Positions 8,181 through 18,296 of a DNA stretch of 32,000 nt are shown piece after piece. How positions within the stretch are numbered: the stretch's first letter is position 1; the number at the start of each line of letters is the position of its first letter. Source of the stretch: Zymomonas mobilis subsp. mobilis ATCC 10988 (GTDB taxonomy: Bacteria > Pseudomonadota > Alphaproteobacteria > Sphingomonadales > Sphingomonadaceae); NCBI RefSeq assembly GCF_000175255.2, contig NC_017262.1:480001-512000 (forward strand). The letters are read 5' to 3'. The position numbers and the translations under genes were made by a program. Under the pieces are notes generated by a model. The model saw only the letters and a list, made by a program, of their open reading frames with translations, did no database searches and was not told the DNA's origin.

Positions 8181-10157
8181 TTACATCCCATAATGAACAA
8201 TCGGCTGATTGGCTTTTTTCAAATTGCGATAGCGCGCTAAAGCCCAAAGAGGAAAATATTTGGAATAACCGTGATACCGAAGATAAAAAACACGGGGGAA
8301 ACCACCGCCACTGTAATAATCTTCTTTCCACAACCCTTCTTCATCCTGATTTTGTGCCAACCAGTTTATACCCTTTGTCACGGCCTCGGAATTAGCTTCC
8401 CCAACAGCCATCAAGCCCAATAAAGCCCATGCTGTTTGGGAAGCCGTCGAATCCATCGGCTCATATCCGCTATAATCAAGGGCATAGCTATCGCAATTTT
8501 CACCCCAACCACCATCTTCATTTTGAATATTTTTCAGCCAAGCCACAGCTTTCTGAATAGCTAAATGATCATGGGGTAAAGCGGCCACATTCAATGCACA
8601 TAAGGCCGACCATGTGCCATATATGTAATTGACGCCCCAACGCCCGAACCAGCTACCATCCTCTTCTTGCTCTTTCAGAAGATAATCAACTGCCGCTTTC
8701 ATTTTGGGATCTGTAATCGAGATACCGGCTTGCGCCATCATTGAAACGCAGCGTGCCGAGACATCGACCGTTGGCGGATCAAGTAACGCGCCATGATCAG
8801 CAAAGGGAATATTATTCAGATAAGTATAGCTGTTATTGGCATCGAAAGCACCCCAACCGCCATTATCGCTTTGCATCCCAATGGTCCATTCCATGGCACG
8901 CGCTTTAGATTCCTCAAAATCATCGTGAAGATCCGACAATTTTGCGGCTCGATCCATCGCCATAGTCACAACAGCCGTATCATCGACATCGGGATAGTAG
9001 TCATTTCTATATTGAAAGGCCCATCCCCCGGGTCGGAGATCAGGCCGCCGCCATGCCCAATCGCCCTTTACATCCAAAATTTGTTGCGGCTTTAACCAGC
9101 TCAGGGCAGAAATAGCCGATTTTTCAGCCTCATCGCCTCCGACTTCCAACATGGCATGGGCAACCAAAGCCGTATCCCAAATCGGGGATAAACAAGGCTG
9201 ACAGTAGACTTCTTTATCACCCTGATCTTCCGTGCCATCTAACACCATCAATTTTTCGACAGCGCGACGAGCAATGGCTCTTTCTGGATGGTTTTCGGGA
9301 TATCCCAAGGCATCATACATCATGACGCTATTGGCAATCGCCGGATAAATAGCACCCAACCCGTCTTCACCATTCAACCGCTCGGTCACAAAATGAACAC
9401 AGCTATGAATAGCCTTCGCGCGCATATTTTTCGGCCAATAAGGTTCTACTTTATGCAATACCTTATCAAGTGCCGAAAAAAAACGACGCCATATAGGGTC
9501 ACCGCTTTCCTGAAGGGTCGGTAAAACATCCGGCACAAATAATTCATCAACCAAGATACCGCGCCGATTGCGGGCGACAGGCTTTAACGCCTGTAAAACC
9601 AATAACGGGACTAAAACGGTTCTTGCCCAATAGGCCATTTTATTGATGTGAACCGGAAACCATTCCGGCATCAACATCAACTCTACGGGCATTTGAGGGA
9701 CATGCTCCCATGACATTGCCCCGAACAGAGCTAATTGAATACGTGTAAAGACATTGGCACGCATCGCCCCACCCCGTGCCAAAATTTCATTTCTGGCTCG
9801 AAGCATATGAGGCGCATCAGGAGAATCTCCGATCATTTTCAAGGCAAAATAGGCTTTGACCGTGGCGCTCAAATCAAGATCACCACCATAAAACAAAGAC
9901 CATCCGCCATGCTCGCCCTGAATACGACGCAAATAGCGACCTATCTTGGCCTCTATTTCTAAATCTTCGGGTTCACCCAAATAATGCTTTAACAGGATGT
10001 ATTCAGCGGGAATGGTTGCATCGGCTTCCAATTCAAAAACCCAATGGCCATCCTGATGCTGCTTCTCAAGCAAGGCACGGGTGGCCTTTTGGATAATCGG
10101 CTCAACATCATCAGACAACGAGCTATGATGAAAAGCCGAGGAAGTCGATACAGTCAT
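8181..10157 (-). CDS. shc: Squalene-hopene cyclase
   Basis: 658 aa; catalytic DXDDTA motif as PDVDDTAVV; repeated QW motifs (QEDGSWFGRWGVNYIYGTW, QNEDGGWGENCDSY, QDEEGLWKEDYYSGGGFP). Confidence 0.98.
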   Translation of the reverse strand: MTVSTSSAFHHSSLSDDVEPIIQKATRALLEKQHQDGHWVFELEADATIPAEYILLKHYLGEPEDLEIEAKIGRYLRRIQGEHGGWSLFYGGDLDLSATVKAYFALKMIGDSPDAPHMLRARNEILARGGAMRANVFTRIQLALFGAMSWEHVPQMPVELMLMPEWFPVHINKMAYWARTVLVPLLVLQALKPVARNRRGILVDELFVPDVLPTLQESGDPIWRRFFSALDKVLHKVEPYWPKNMRAKAIHSCVHFVTERLNGEDGLGAIYPAIANSVMMYDALGYPENHPERAIARRAVEKLMVLDGTEDQGDKEVYCQPCLSPIWDTALVAHAMLEVGGDEAEKSAISALSWLKPQQILDVKGDWAWRRPDLRPGGWAFQYRNDYYPDVDDTAVVTMAMDRAAKLSDLHDDFEESKARAMEWTIGMQSDNGGWGAFDANNSYTYLNNIPFADHGALLDPPTVDVSARCVSMMAQAGISITDPKMKAAVDYLLKEQEEDGSWFGRWGVNYIYGTWSALCALNVAALPHDHLAIQKAVAWLKNIQNEDGGWGENCDSYALDYSGYEPMDSTASQTAWALLGLMAVGEANSEAVTKGINWLAQNQDEEGLWKEDYYSGGGFPRVFYLRYHGYSKYFPLWALARYRNLKKANQPIVHYGM

Positions 10158-10171
10158 TATGGGCTTTCTAA

Positions 10172-11446
10172 TTATGAATGGGATAAAGCGAGATCAGCCG
10201 CAGTTTGGCCGGATCGTATAGCGCTTTCAATAGTCGCAGGCAGGCCTGTTCTCACCCAATTTCCGGCTAAAAACAGGTTATTCCACGCTGTAACCGCCGG
10301 TGGACGGCGATTATTCTGCTCGACAGTCGCTTCAAAAGTGGCTCTTTTCTCAGTCACGACCTGCCATTCAGGCATATCCTGTTTGAAAGCATAAACGGTC
10401 TGAATATCATCCCAGATACGCTTAACCAGTTCTTCTTTTTCAAGCGCCAATAAATGATTAGCGGCGCTGATCGTAACCGATATCCGATTTTCAAAAGTGA
10501 AAATCCAATCAGCAGTTCCTCCGACAACACCCATAATATGAGGCATAGCGGCAGTAGGCTTCATCAGGAAATGAGCGTTGATAATCGCCTGATATTTATC
10601 CGGCGTTTCGATATCTGGTATCAAGGATTGAACGACCCAAGCAGGCAAAGCGATAATCACTTTATCGCCTTTTCCCAGCTTTACATCCTGATGAGCAAAT
10701 TCCAGAGAGGCGACATTCTGACCTGAAAAATGGATTTGACGCAGGCGGTTACGGAAATCAACTTCGACCCCTCTCGCTTTTAAATAGTCAAGCGCAGGGT
10801 CAATAAAACTGCTTGCCAAATTGGGATAAGCGATACGGGGGATACAGGCATTACCCCCTTTCATCAAAGTTTCCCGAATAACCGCTGCCGCCAGACAGGC
10901 AGCCCCTTCTCTTGCCGGTGTATTGAGAACCGATACAAAAAAAGGATCAAGCAATTTACGCCATAAAGCCGTATTATCTGGAACAAGATCACCTATTTTT
11001 GTATTATGATCTGCCAATAACAGCGACAATAATGCTAAATAATCCTTGGCTTTGCTATGAGGGACGCGGCTTTTGGCGCATAAAACCCACCAAGGTAAAG
11101 GGCCATTACTTAACTTAATGGTAAAGCGTTCTTTGTCGCTTAGATCACAAAAAGAAAAGGCGGCCTCTTTTGGGCTTTTAAAACGATGCTCTGCCCCTAT
11201 TCTTTTCAAATAGGTCTTGGCAGAATGATTGCCTGACAGCAGCATATGATTGCCATTGTCAATTTCAATCCCCAGCTTTTTATCATGATAGGAACGCGCC
11301 CGTCCCCCAGCCATGGCCGAGGCTTCATAAATTTTGACGCGTCCTCCGGCATGGGTAATCGCTACCGCGGCAGATAATCCAGCCAGCCCCGCCCCGATAA
11401 TATGCGTTACACTCATGAAGTCACCTTCAATCTGAGCAAAGTCCAT
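10172..11446 (-). CDS. hpnE: Hopanoid/squalene-associated FAD-dependent desaturase-like protein HpnE
   Basis: N-terminal FAD-binding motif HIIGAGLAGLSAAVAITHAGGRVKIYEA, GGRARSY; located between shc and hpnD. Confidence 0.95.
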   Translation of the reverse strand: MDFAQIEGDFMSVTHIIGAGLAGLSAAVAITHAGGRVKIYEASAMAGGRARSYHDKKLGIEIDNGNHMLLSGNHSAKTYLKRIGAEHRFKSPKEAAFSFCDLSDKERFTIKLSNGPLPWWVLCAKSRVPHSKAKDYLALLSLLLADHNTKIGDLVPDNTALWRKLLDPFFVSVLNTPAREGAACLAAAVIRETLMKGGNACIPRIAYPNLASSFIDPALDYLKARGVEVDFRNRLRQIHFSGQNVASLEFAHQDVKLGKGDKVIIALPAWVVQSLIPDIETPDKYQAIINAHFLMKPTAAMPHIMGVVGGTADWIFTFENRISVTISAANHLLALEKEELVKRIWDDIQTVYAFKQDMPEWQVVTEKRATFEATVEQNNRRPPAVTAWNNLFLAGNWVRTGLPATIESAIRSGQTAADLALSHS

Positions 11447-12288
11447 AACAGGGCAAGTTTGTTATGTTTGACTTTCTTCCGAGGATTTTTCCACCCTTGC
11501 GCCAACATTTTACGCAATAAAGCAGAATAGGCTGCGGCCATCAAACGAGGCGCGATCAAATAGCCTTTGGGGCGATTATGGATAATATGATCAGAAGCCG
11601 CATAATGCCCTTCGGCCTGCCAAGCGAGATCACGGCAAACCTTGTCGAGACGTGGATCAGCCAAGGCTTTTTCAATATCCAGTGGAATACCGGCTTTTTC
11701 AAGCGGTTCCCGGGGCAGATAACAACGCCCGATTTCGGCATCTTCGTCAATATCACGCAAGATATTGGTTAATTGTAACGCTCGGCCAAGATGGTAAGCT
11801 AAAGATTCCCCTATATTGGGATCCATGCCAAAAACATAGACAGACAGCCGCCCGACAGCCGAAGCAACGCGATCACAATAAAGATCAAGGGTTGCTTCAT
11901 CAGGAAAAACGATAGGCCCTTTCAAATCCATGGCCATACCGTCAATAACGGCAATAAAATCTTCTTGTCTCAAATGGAAACGGGCAACCGGTTCTTTCAG
12001 AAAAGCGGCCTGTCCACAGGGCTCACCAGCGTAAAGGGCATTGATATCATGCCGCCATGCGTCAAGCGCTTGCTTTCTTTCCTCTTGGCTGCCTTCCAGA
12101 TCATCGGCAATGTCATCCACTTGGCGACAGAAGTTGTAAATAGCATACATCGCTTCCCGCTCGGCTGGCGGCAAAACCCGCATACCGATATAGAAGCTGC
12201 TGCTTTTTGCACCGCTGACCGAAGCTTGGCTATCCGATGATTTTTCGGAAAAAGCCTCTGGCTGAATCTTTTTCATGGCCGAAGTCAT
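11413..12288 (-). CDS. hpnD: Presqualene diphosphate synthase HpnD
   Basis: Squalene/phytoene synthase family: YAIYNFCRQVDDIADDLEG, YCDRVASAVGRLSVYVFG, LGRALQLTNILRDIDEDAEIGRCYLP. Confidence 0.95.
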   Translation of the reverse strand: MTSAMKKIQPEAFSEKSSDSQASVSGAKSSSFYIGMRVLPPAEREAMYAIYNFCRQVDDIADDLEGSQEERKQALDAWRHDINALYAGEPCGQAAFLKEPVARFHLRQEDFIAVIDGMAMDLKGPIVFPDEATLDLYCDRVASAVGRLSVYVFGMDPNIGESLAYHLGRALQLTNILRDIDEDAEIGRCYLPREPLEKAGIPLDIEKALADPRLDKVCRDLAWQAEGHYAASDHIIHNRPKGYLIAPRLMAAAYSALLRKMLAQGWKNPRKKVKHNKLALLWTLLRLKVTS

Positions 12289-13181
12289 TAAGAAAATAAT
12301 CTCCCTGCGGCGGCGACAAAGGCCAGTCCCAAAGTTTCAGCTTTATTATGGTGAACCCGTTCGGATAACGGATCATGCTTAGTTAAACATTCGGTCAGGC
12401 TTTCCGCCAAGCGTTGGATAACCGCGACTTCAACCCCCAACCGCTTGTCGTGAATAGCGGCAGAAAAACCAGAAGACCGTTTCAAAAGAGATTTTGTTTT
12501 CAAGGCAGCGGTCTCAATAGCCTGACGTAAAGGCAATGAGGCATGGAAACGGCCTAAATCTCCAGCGGTAGCACCCACCGCTTCCATAATATCGCTTGGG
12601 ATATAAATACGGTTCATCATGCGATAATCTTTACCGCAATCCTGAAGATGATTGATGACCTGTAAAGCCGTGCATAAAGCATCATTCATCGGCCAAAGGT
12701 TACGGGATTCCTTATGGACATCCAAAACAAAGCGCCCAACAGGAGAAGCCGAATAACGGCAATAATCCATCAAAGCGTCCCAATTTTCGTAACGATTGAC
12801 GGATACATCACGCCGGAAGGCTTCCAACAGATCAAGACCATGAACAATCGTATGATCGAGACCATGAGTTATCAAAGTCTGGCGCAAGACAACGGCATTA
12901 GGCTCGCTCTGGCTTTCGCCTGTCAAACTGCTGCGCATATCCTCAAGGATAGCCAAGCGGTCTTTTTTGCTTGCGATCACATTATCAGCGACATCATCAG
13001 CTTGGCGGGCAAACTGATAGAATGCCATAATAATAGGCCGATATTCGGGATTGATCAGAAAAGAAGCCACCGGAAAATTTTCATCCTGATGTCCTTTTCC
13101 AGAAACCAAAGCGGCTGCATTTAGCTTGTTTTTTGTTTTAATACTCACAGACCTATACGTGCTTGCGCACGCCCCTTCCAC
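12288..13181 (-). CDS. hpnC: Squalene synthase-family protein HpnC
   Basis: FYQFARQADDVADN, YCRYSASPVGRFVLDV, ALQVINHLQDCGKDY; TAATG stop/start overlap with hpnD. Confidence 0.95.
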   Translation of the reverse strand: MEGACASTYRSVSIKTKNKLNAAALVSGKGHQDENFPVASFLINPEYRPIIMAFYQFARQADDVADNVIASKKDRLAILEDMRSSLTGESQSEPNAVVLRQTLITHGLDHTIVHGLDLLEAFRRDVSVNRYENWDALMDYCRYSASPVGRFVLDVHKESRNLWPMNDALCTALQVINHLQDCGKDYRMMNRIYIPSDIMEAVGATAGDLGRFHASLPLRQAIETAALKTKSLLKRSSGFSAAIHDKRLGVEVAVIQRLAESLTECLTKHDPLSERVHHNKAETLGLAFVAAAGRLFS

Positions 13182-14311
13182 ATACCGCCTCGCCCTTGCC
13201 AGACATGCACGGCAGAAAAAAATGTCGCACAGCTATAAAAGGCCGCAATTAAGGGAAGCGCTAAACCCCAAAGAGGAGAGCGGTGATAAAAATGTAATAT
13301 TGGTTGAAAGGCTAATGCCATCATCATCCATCCAGCCAGACCAATCCAAGCCGATACACCATGGGTCAGCAAAGCCAAAGCAGGCGGTACCAGATAAACA
13401 AGGCACATCCCGAATAATGTCAATGCCAACAACCAGAAAGAATATCGTAATTGAGCATAAGCTGAACGGGAAATCATGTGGCCAATTTCCTGAAACCCTA
13501 AATAGGGTCGGATACTCAGTGAACGATTTGTTAGAGAAAGCCGAATTTTTCCTTGCTTTTTCATGATGCCGCCAAGACTGCAATCATCAATAATAGCATG
13601 ACGGATAGCCCCTATCCCACCTGCTTTCTCAAGACTGGCACGATCGGCTAACATGCATCCACCGGCAGCACCGGCCGTTTTATGCTTGGGATTATTGATA
13701 TGCCGAAAAGGATACAACATCTGGAAGAAAAAGACGAAGGCCGGAATAAGCGCCCATTCTGCAAAATTGTTACAACTTAGTCGCGCCATCAGGGAATGAA
13801 AAATCAATCCGTCTTTTTCGGCATGAGCAACCAACATTTTCAAGGTATCATCCTGATGCGCGATATCGGCATCGGTTAGCCATAACCATTTTACCTGTCC
13901 GGCGGCCTTAATACCCTGATCTAAGGCCCATAATTTACCAGCCCAACCTTTAGGCAGAGCTGATCCATTCACAATCGTCAATTTACCCTCAGGATAAGTC
14001 CCCGCAATACGTTTGGCGATTTCTGCGGTTCTATCCTCGGAATTATCATCAACAAGGATAACTTTAAAATTACCGGGGTAATCCTGCCGTAATAATGAAT
14101 CTATTGCTTTATCAATAACATCGGCCTCATTGCGGGCAGGCACAATTGCCACGACATCCGGCCATATTTCCAAAGACGGAACGGGACGATCATCCCGTTC
14201 ATGACATAACCAAAAGCCACCATGAAAGAACAGAAGACCAATCCAAATACTAAGGGAGGTTAATCCTAGAATGGTGGCGATCATCACAACATACCTTCTG
14301 CCCGAAACCAT
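13145..14311 (-). CDS. hpnB: Hopene-associated glycosyltransferase HpnB (GT2-like)
   Basis: VVAIVPARNEADVIDKAIDSLLRQDYPGNFKVILVDDNSEDRTAEIA and WLWLTDADI; gene order. Confidence 0.93.
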   Translation of the reverse strand: MVSGRRYVVMIATILGLTSLSIWIGLLFFHGGFWLCHERDDRPVPSLEIWPDVVAIVPARNEADVIDKAIDSLLRQDYPGNFKVILVDDNSEDRTAEIAKRIAGTYPEGKLTIVNGSALPKGWAGKLWALDQGIKAAGQVKWLWLTDADIAHQDDTLKMLVAHAEKDGLIFHSLMARLSCNNFAEWALIPAFVFFFQMLYPFRHINNPKHKTAGAAGGCMLADRASLEKAGGIGAIRHAIIDDCSLGGIMKKQGKIRLSLTNRSLSIRPYLGFQEIGHMISRSAYAQLRYSFWLLALTLFGMCLVYLVPPALALLTHGVSAWIGLAGWMMMALAFQPILHFYHRSPLWGLALPLIAAFYSCATFFSAVHVWQGRGGMWKGRAQARIGL

Positions 14312-15321
14312 TCGATGGCATCAGAAATGGCATGTTGCCATGGACGAGATTTGTAACCCAAATCGCGTTTGGCTTTCTCCGACGAAAAATACATATGATA
14401 GCCAGCCATGCGCAAGGCATCGCTAGTAATGAAAGGTTCTTTTTTCGTTATCTTGGCAAAGGCTTCTGCGCCCCATGCCAATGGAAAGAGCGGCCATCTT
14501 GGCAAAGCGACTTTTGGTGGCTTCCGACCTACCTGTCGCGCGATTTCAGCCAACATGATACTTAAAGGCACATCGGCTCCGCCTAAAATATACCTTTCAC
14601 CGATAACGCCTTTTTCAAGGGCTTTAACATGCCCATCTGCTACGTCATCCACATGAGCAAGATTAAGCCCTGTATTGACATAGGCAGGCATTTTTCCGGT
14701 AGCCGCTTCGATAATAATGCGTCCGGTAGGCGTAGGCTTAACATCCCTTGGGCCAATAGGCGTTGAAGGATTAACAATAACCGCAGGCAAGCCCTGCTCT
14801 GCTATCATCTTTTCAACCAGACGTTCGGCTTCAACCTTGGAACGTTTATAGGCACCAATAGCATTTTCCGGCGTTAGCGGAGAATTCTCATCGCTGGGTT
14901 TACCATGTCCCGGTGCCAAAGTAGCGACACTACTGGTATAGATCACGCGCTCGATACCCAGATAAAGCGCCGCTGTCATGATCGCTTGGGTATGCAAACG
15001 GTTATGACGAATAATTTCGTTAGGATCGGCGGCCCATAAACGATAATCAGCTGCTACATGGATCAGCGCGCCACAGCCTGAAAGGGGTTCTCTTAAAGAA
15101 GGCGGATCATCCAGATCACCAAAAACAATCTCGCCGGGAAAGTCACGGATATTGGTTTTCGGGCTGGTCGCACGTACCATGCCTCGCACTTTATAGCCCT
15201 GCTGCGCTAATGAACGCGCAACCGCAGAACCCACAAATCCAGAAACTCCAGTAACTAATACAGGCTTCTCTTTGTTCACCTGATTATGATCTTGCACGAT
15301 AGACCCCTTATACGCCTCCAA
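14284..15321 (-). CDS. hpnA: Hopanoid-associated sugar epimerase/NAD-dependent epimerase HpnA
   Basis: VLVTGVSGFVGSAVARSLAQQGYKVRGMVR Rossmann motif; YKRSKVEAE catalytic YxxxK. The track start is TTG 15321; GTG at 15297 preceded by AAGGGG is an alternative start. Confidence 0.93.
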   Translation of the reverse strand: MEAYKGSIVQDHNQVNKEKPVLVTGVSGFVGSAVARSLAQQGYKVRGMVRATSPKTNIRDFPGEIVFGDLDDPPSLREPLSGCGALIHVAADYRLWAADPNEIIRHNRLHTQAIMTAALYLGIERVIYTSSVATLAPGHGKPSDENSPLTPENAIGAYKRSKVEAERLVEKMIAEQGLPAVIVNPSTPIGPRDVKPTPTGRIIIEAATGKMPAYVNTGLNLAHVDDVADGHVKALEKGVIGERYILGGADVPLSIMLAEIARQVGRKPPKVALPRWPLFPLAWGAEAFAKITKKEPFITSDALRMAGYHMYFSSEKAKRDLGYKSRPWQHAISDAIEWFRAEGML

Positions 15322-15437
15322 TAAGCGGAAATAACGGCACTATACTCAATTGATCTCAATTACCAGAAAGACAGGGTCGTTAAGCCCTTTTAAGCATATA
15401 ATGGCCGGATAGTATTGTCCGGTAAAGCCAAGGTGCT

Positions 15438-15540
15438 TTTATCACAACCGGAATAAATAAGAGTGCGGCGTAGTTATTCCGACTGTGATAAATTTGGCAC
15501 TATTGTCACAGTATGTGACATTTTGTCGATTGGTGACAAT
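15438..15540. promoter_or_regulatory. Dyad-rich candidate regulatory region upstream of hpnA
   Basis: 19 bp inverted repeat with 2 mismatches (15438-15456 / 15474-15492), 17 bp palindrome TGTCACA-GTA-TGTGACA (15504-15520), and ATTGTCAC (15502-15509) / GTGACAAT (15533-15540). Confidence 0.45.
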
Positions 15541-15575
15541 AAAGAAAATTATATTTTTATATCAAGAAGTTATCC

Positions 15576-16550
15576 TCAACATATAATTTCATTATCGCAG
15601 CCATCATGCTCTATTTGTAAGGTTACATGACCGATATCGAATTCTTTTTTCATAATATCGGCAACAGATCCAATAAAGGCATCATTATTTTGAATTTTGG
15701 AGCGCACAATATGGGCTGTCATCGCAGTCTCGCTGGTGCTTACCGGCCAGATATGAACATGATGCACATTGATAACATCCGGTAGTTGATCCAGCCGAGT
15801 AACCACTGCACTGACATCAATAGACGGCGGCACAGCGTTTAGAGCCATCGCAAAAGAGCGTTTAATAAGGCTCCAACTACTCCATAACAAAACGACCACA
15901 ATGGCAAGGCTAAGACTTGGATCAATCCAATGCCAGCCTGTCATTTTGATAATAAACCCTGACAAGACAACGACAGCTGAAACCAACGCATCCAGCAACA
16001 TATGAAGAAAGGCTGCATGACGGTTTAATTCTTCATGGCCATCTTTGAATAACAAAGCCGTGGCAAAATTGATGATAATACCGATACCGGCAATAATCAT
16101 GATAGTGCCACCCGGAACATCGACCGGCTCTGAAAAACGCCGTATCGCCTCCCATCCAATGGCGCCACAAGCAATAACCAAAAAGAGAGCGTTAAAAAGC
16201 GCAGCCAAAATAGATGATGACCGATAACCATAGGTGAAGCGTGATGTTGGCTTTGACCTTTCGGCAATAAAGGCCGCCAAAGATAAGGCTAATCCCAAAA
16301 CATCGGAAAGGTTATGTCCGGCATCCGCAATCAGGGACAAAGAACCCGAAGTAATGCCATAGCCTATTTCAACCAGAATAAAGGCTAAGTTGATAGCAAT
16401 ACCTATCCCGAAACCGCGACTATTACTGGCATTGATCTCATGAACATGGGAATGTCCATGATGATGGTCATGATGCGCATGACTATGGTTATGGTTATGA
16501 TTATGGTCATGATCATGACCCATTTCTGTATTTTTTATTTCGCTTGCCAT
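15576..16550 (-). CDS. Cation diffusion facilitator family metal transporter with a His-rich N-terminus
   Basis: LIADAGHNLSDVLGLALSL, HAAFLHMLLDALVS; N-terminal MASEIKNTEMGHDHDHNHNHNHSHAHHDHHHGHSHVH. Confidence 0.95.
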   Translation of the reverse strand: MASEIKNTEMGHDHDHNHNHNHSHAHHDHHHGHSHVHEINASNSRGFGIGIAINLAFILVEIGYGITSGSLSLIADAGHNLSDVLGLALSLAAFIAERSKPTSRFTYGYRSSSILAALFNALFLVIACGAIGWEAIRRFSEPVDVPGGTIMIIAGIGIIINFATALLFKDGHEELNRHAAFLHMLLDALVSAVVVLSGFIIKMTGWHWIDPSLSLAIVVVLLWSSWSLIKRSFAMALNAVPPSIDVSAVVTRLDQLPDVINVHHVHIWPVSTSETAMTAHIVRSKIQNNDAFIGSVADIMKKEFDIGHVTLQIEHDGCDNEIIC

Positions 16551-16665
16551 AAAGTCTCATTTCTTTTGTAGCTATCACTACAAAAGTTATAATATCACAT
16601 TACATAATTATATATTTAACTTTATGCGTTTTATTTTAATTTCAGATTATATCAACTTCATTTTA

Positions 16666-18201
16666 CTATGCGGGATAATCATTTTCAGAATTATACTCAT
16701 CAACCGGATCAGAAAAGCGCGTGATCTGGCTTTCAAAGCGCAAACGCACTTTACCGGTCGCCCCGTGACGTTGCTTGGCCACGATCAATTCAGCTCGGTT
16801 ATAAACCTGTTCCATAGATTGCTGCCATTTGCGATGCTCTTCATCAATCTGGGCATCCACCAAAGCATCACTCCCTTCTGGCGGCCTTTTAGGCTCACGA
16901 GACTGGAGATAATATTCTTCACGATAAACGAATAACACGATATCGGCATCTTGCTCGATAGAACCGGATTCACGCAGATCGGACAGCTGGGGGCGTTTAT
17001 CTTCGCGTTGCTCAACCGCGCGGGAAAGCTGGGACAAGGCCAAAACGGGAATATCTAATTCCTTGGCAAGGGTTTTCAAACCACGGCTAATTTCCGAAAT
17101 TTCATTAACGCGGTTATCATTGGCTTTGCCCGACCCCTGCAAGAGCTGCAAATAGTCGACGACCAACAAACCGATATTATGGCGACGCTTTAAACGCCGC
17201 GCTCTTGTTCTAAGGGCGGCAATGGTAAGGCCGGGGGTATCGTCGATATAAAGCGGTAAATTTTCAAGTTCCGCAGCGGCTCGTGCCAGATTACGAAATT
17301 CTTCTTTACTGACTCGCCCCATGCGCAAAGATTCCGAGGATAATCGGGATTGCTCTGCCAACAAACGGGTAGCCAATTGGTCTGCCGACATTTCAAGGCT
17401 GAAAAAGGCAACCGGCGCCCCGGGCGTTTCTTCTGGCGGGATGCCGTTTTGGGTATCATACATATAGCGACGAGCAGCATTGAAGGCGACGTTAGTTGCA
17501 AAAGCCGTTTTTCCCATGCCGGGACGGCCTGCCAAAATCAGCAAATCAGATCGGTGCAATCCACCGATCTTGGCATTGACGGATTCCAGACCTGTCGTCA
17601 CACCGGATAGATGCGCGCCAGAATTTAAAGCCATTTCAGCGGCTTTGACAGCTATCTTAGCCGCTTGATAAAAACTCTTAACACCGCCTTCGGAAATACC
17701 CGATTCAGCCACCCGATAAAGCGCTGTTTCTGCCTCTTCAATCTGGGCGCGAGGATCAATAATCCCTTGGGTATTTAAGGCATTATCGACCATGTTGCGC
17801 CCGACACTGACCAGCTCGCGCAACAAAGCCAGCTCGTAAATCTGTGCTGCAAAATCACGCACCCCGACCAAAGAGGCTTGATTAACGACAAGATTATAGA
17901 CGTATTTCATGCCTCCCTTGGCTTGTAAGCCGGGGTCTTTTTCTATCAAAGGCTGAATAGTAACCGGATTAGCCAGCTGATTACGATCTAACTGGCGCAT
18001 AATAAGCTGATAAATCAGACGGTGGGTTGGATCAAAAAAATGCTCATCTCTCAATTTGACCTGAACATCTTCGGCCAAACGATTATCAATCAGCAAAGCG
18101 CCCAAAAGAGCCGCTTCTGCCTCAAGATTAACAGGAAGAGACGCATTGTCTTTTTCTGGCATAGCAGGCGTTGAAGGTACAATTTTCAGACTTTCTACCA
18201 T
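16666..18201 (-). CDS. dnaB: Replicative DNA helicase DnaB
   Basis: PVNLEAEAALLGALLIDNR, LLILAGRPGMGKTAFATNVA Walker A, LLVVDYLQLLQGS, LSQLSRAVEQREDKRPQLSDLRESGSIEQDADIV. Confidence 0.98.
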   Translation of the reverse strand: MVESLKIVPSTPAMPEKDNASLPVNLEAEAALLGALLIDNRLAEDVQVKLRDEHFFDPTHRLIYQLIMRQLDRNQLANPVTIQPLIEKDPGLQAKGGMKYVYNLVVNQASLVGVRDFAAQIYELALLRELVSVGRNMVDNALNTQGIIDPRAQIEEAETALYRVAESGISEGGVKSFYQAAKIAVKAAEMALNSGAHLSGVTTGLESVNAKIGGLHRSDLLILAGRPGMGKTAFATNVAFNAARRYMYDTQNGIPPEETPGAPVAFFSLEMSADQLATRLLAEQSRLSSESLRMGRVSKEEFRNLARAAAELENLPLYIDDTPGLTIAALRTRARRLKRRHNIGLLVVDYLQLLQGSGKANDNRVNEISEISRGLKTLAKELDIPVLALSQLSRAVEQREDKRPQLSDLRESGSIEQDADIVLFVYREEYYLQSREPKRPPEGSDALVDAQIDEEHRKWQQSMEQVYNRAELIVAKQRHGATGKVRLRFESQITRFSDPVDEYNSENDYPA

Positions 18202-18296
18202 GCCGAATCCACCCTTCTTCTTCTTTTTTCAATCTTATGTGATATCAAAGCACAATTTCGGGATAGTAACCCCTTCAAAAAAGAGAATACCATTTC

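Noticed and set aside
12714-13124. 136 aa plus-strand ORF opposite hpnC
   Set aside because: Antisense shadow ORF of a strongly supported HpnC coding sequence; no domain recognised.
16450-16530. Short CAT/TGG-like repeats considered as a CRISPR or tandem repeat locus
   Set aside because: They encode the His-rich N-terminus of the CDF transporter; no spacer-repeat periodicity. No CRISPR array was seen in the window.
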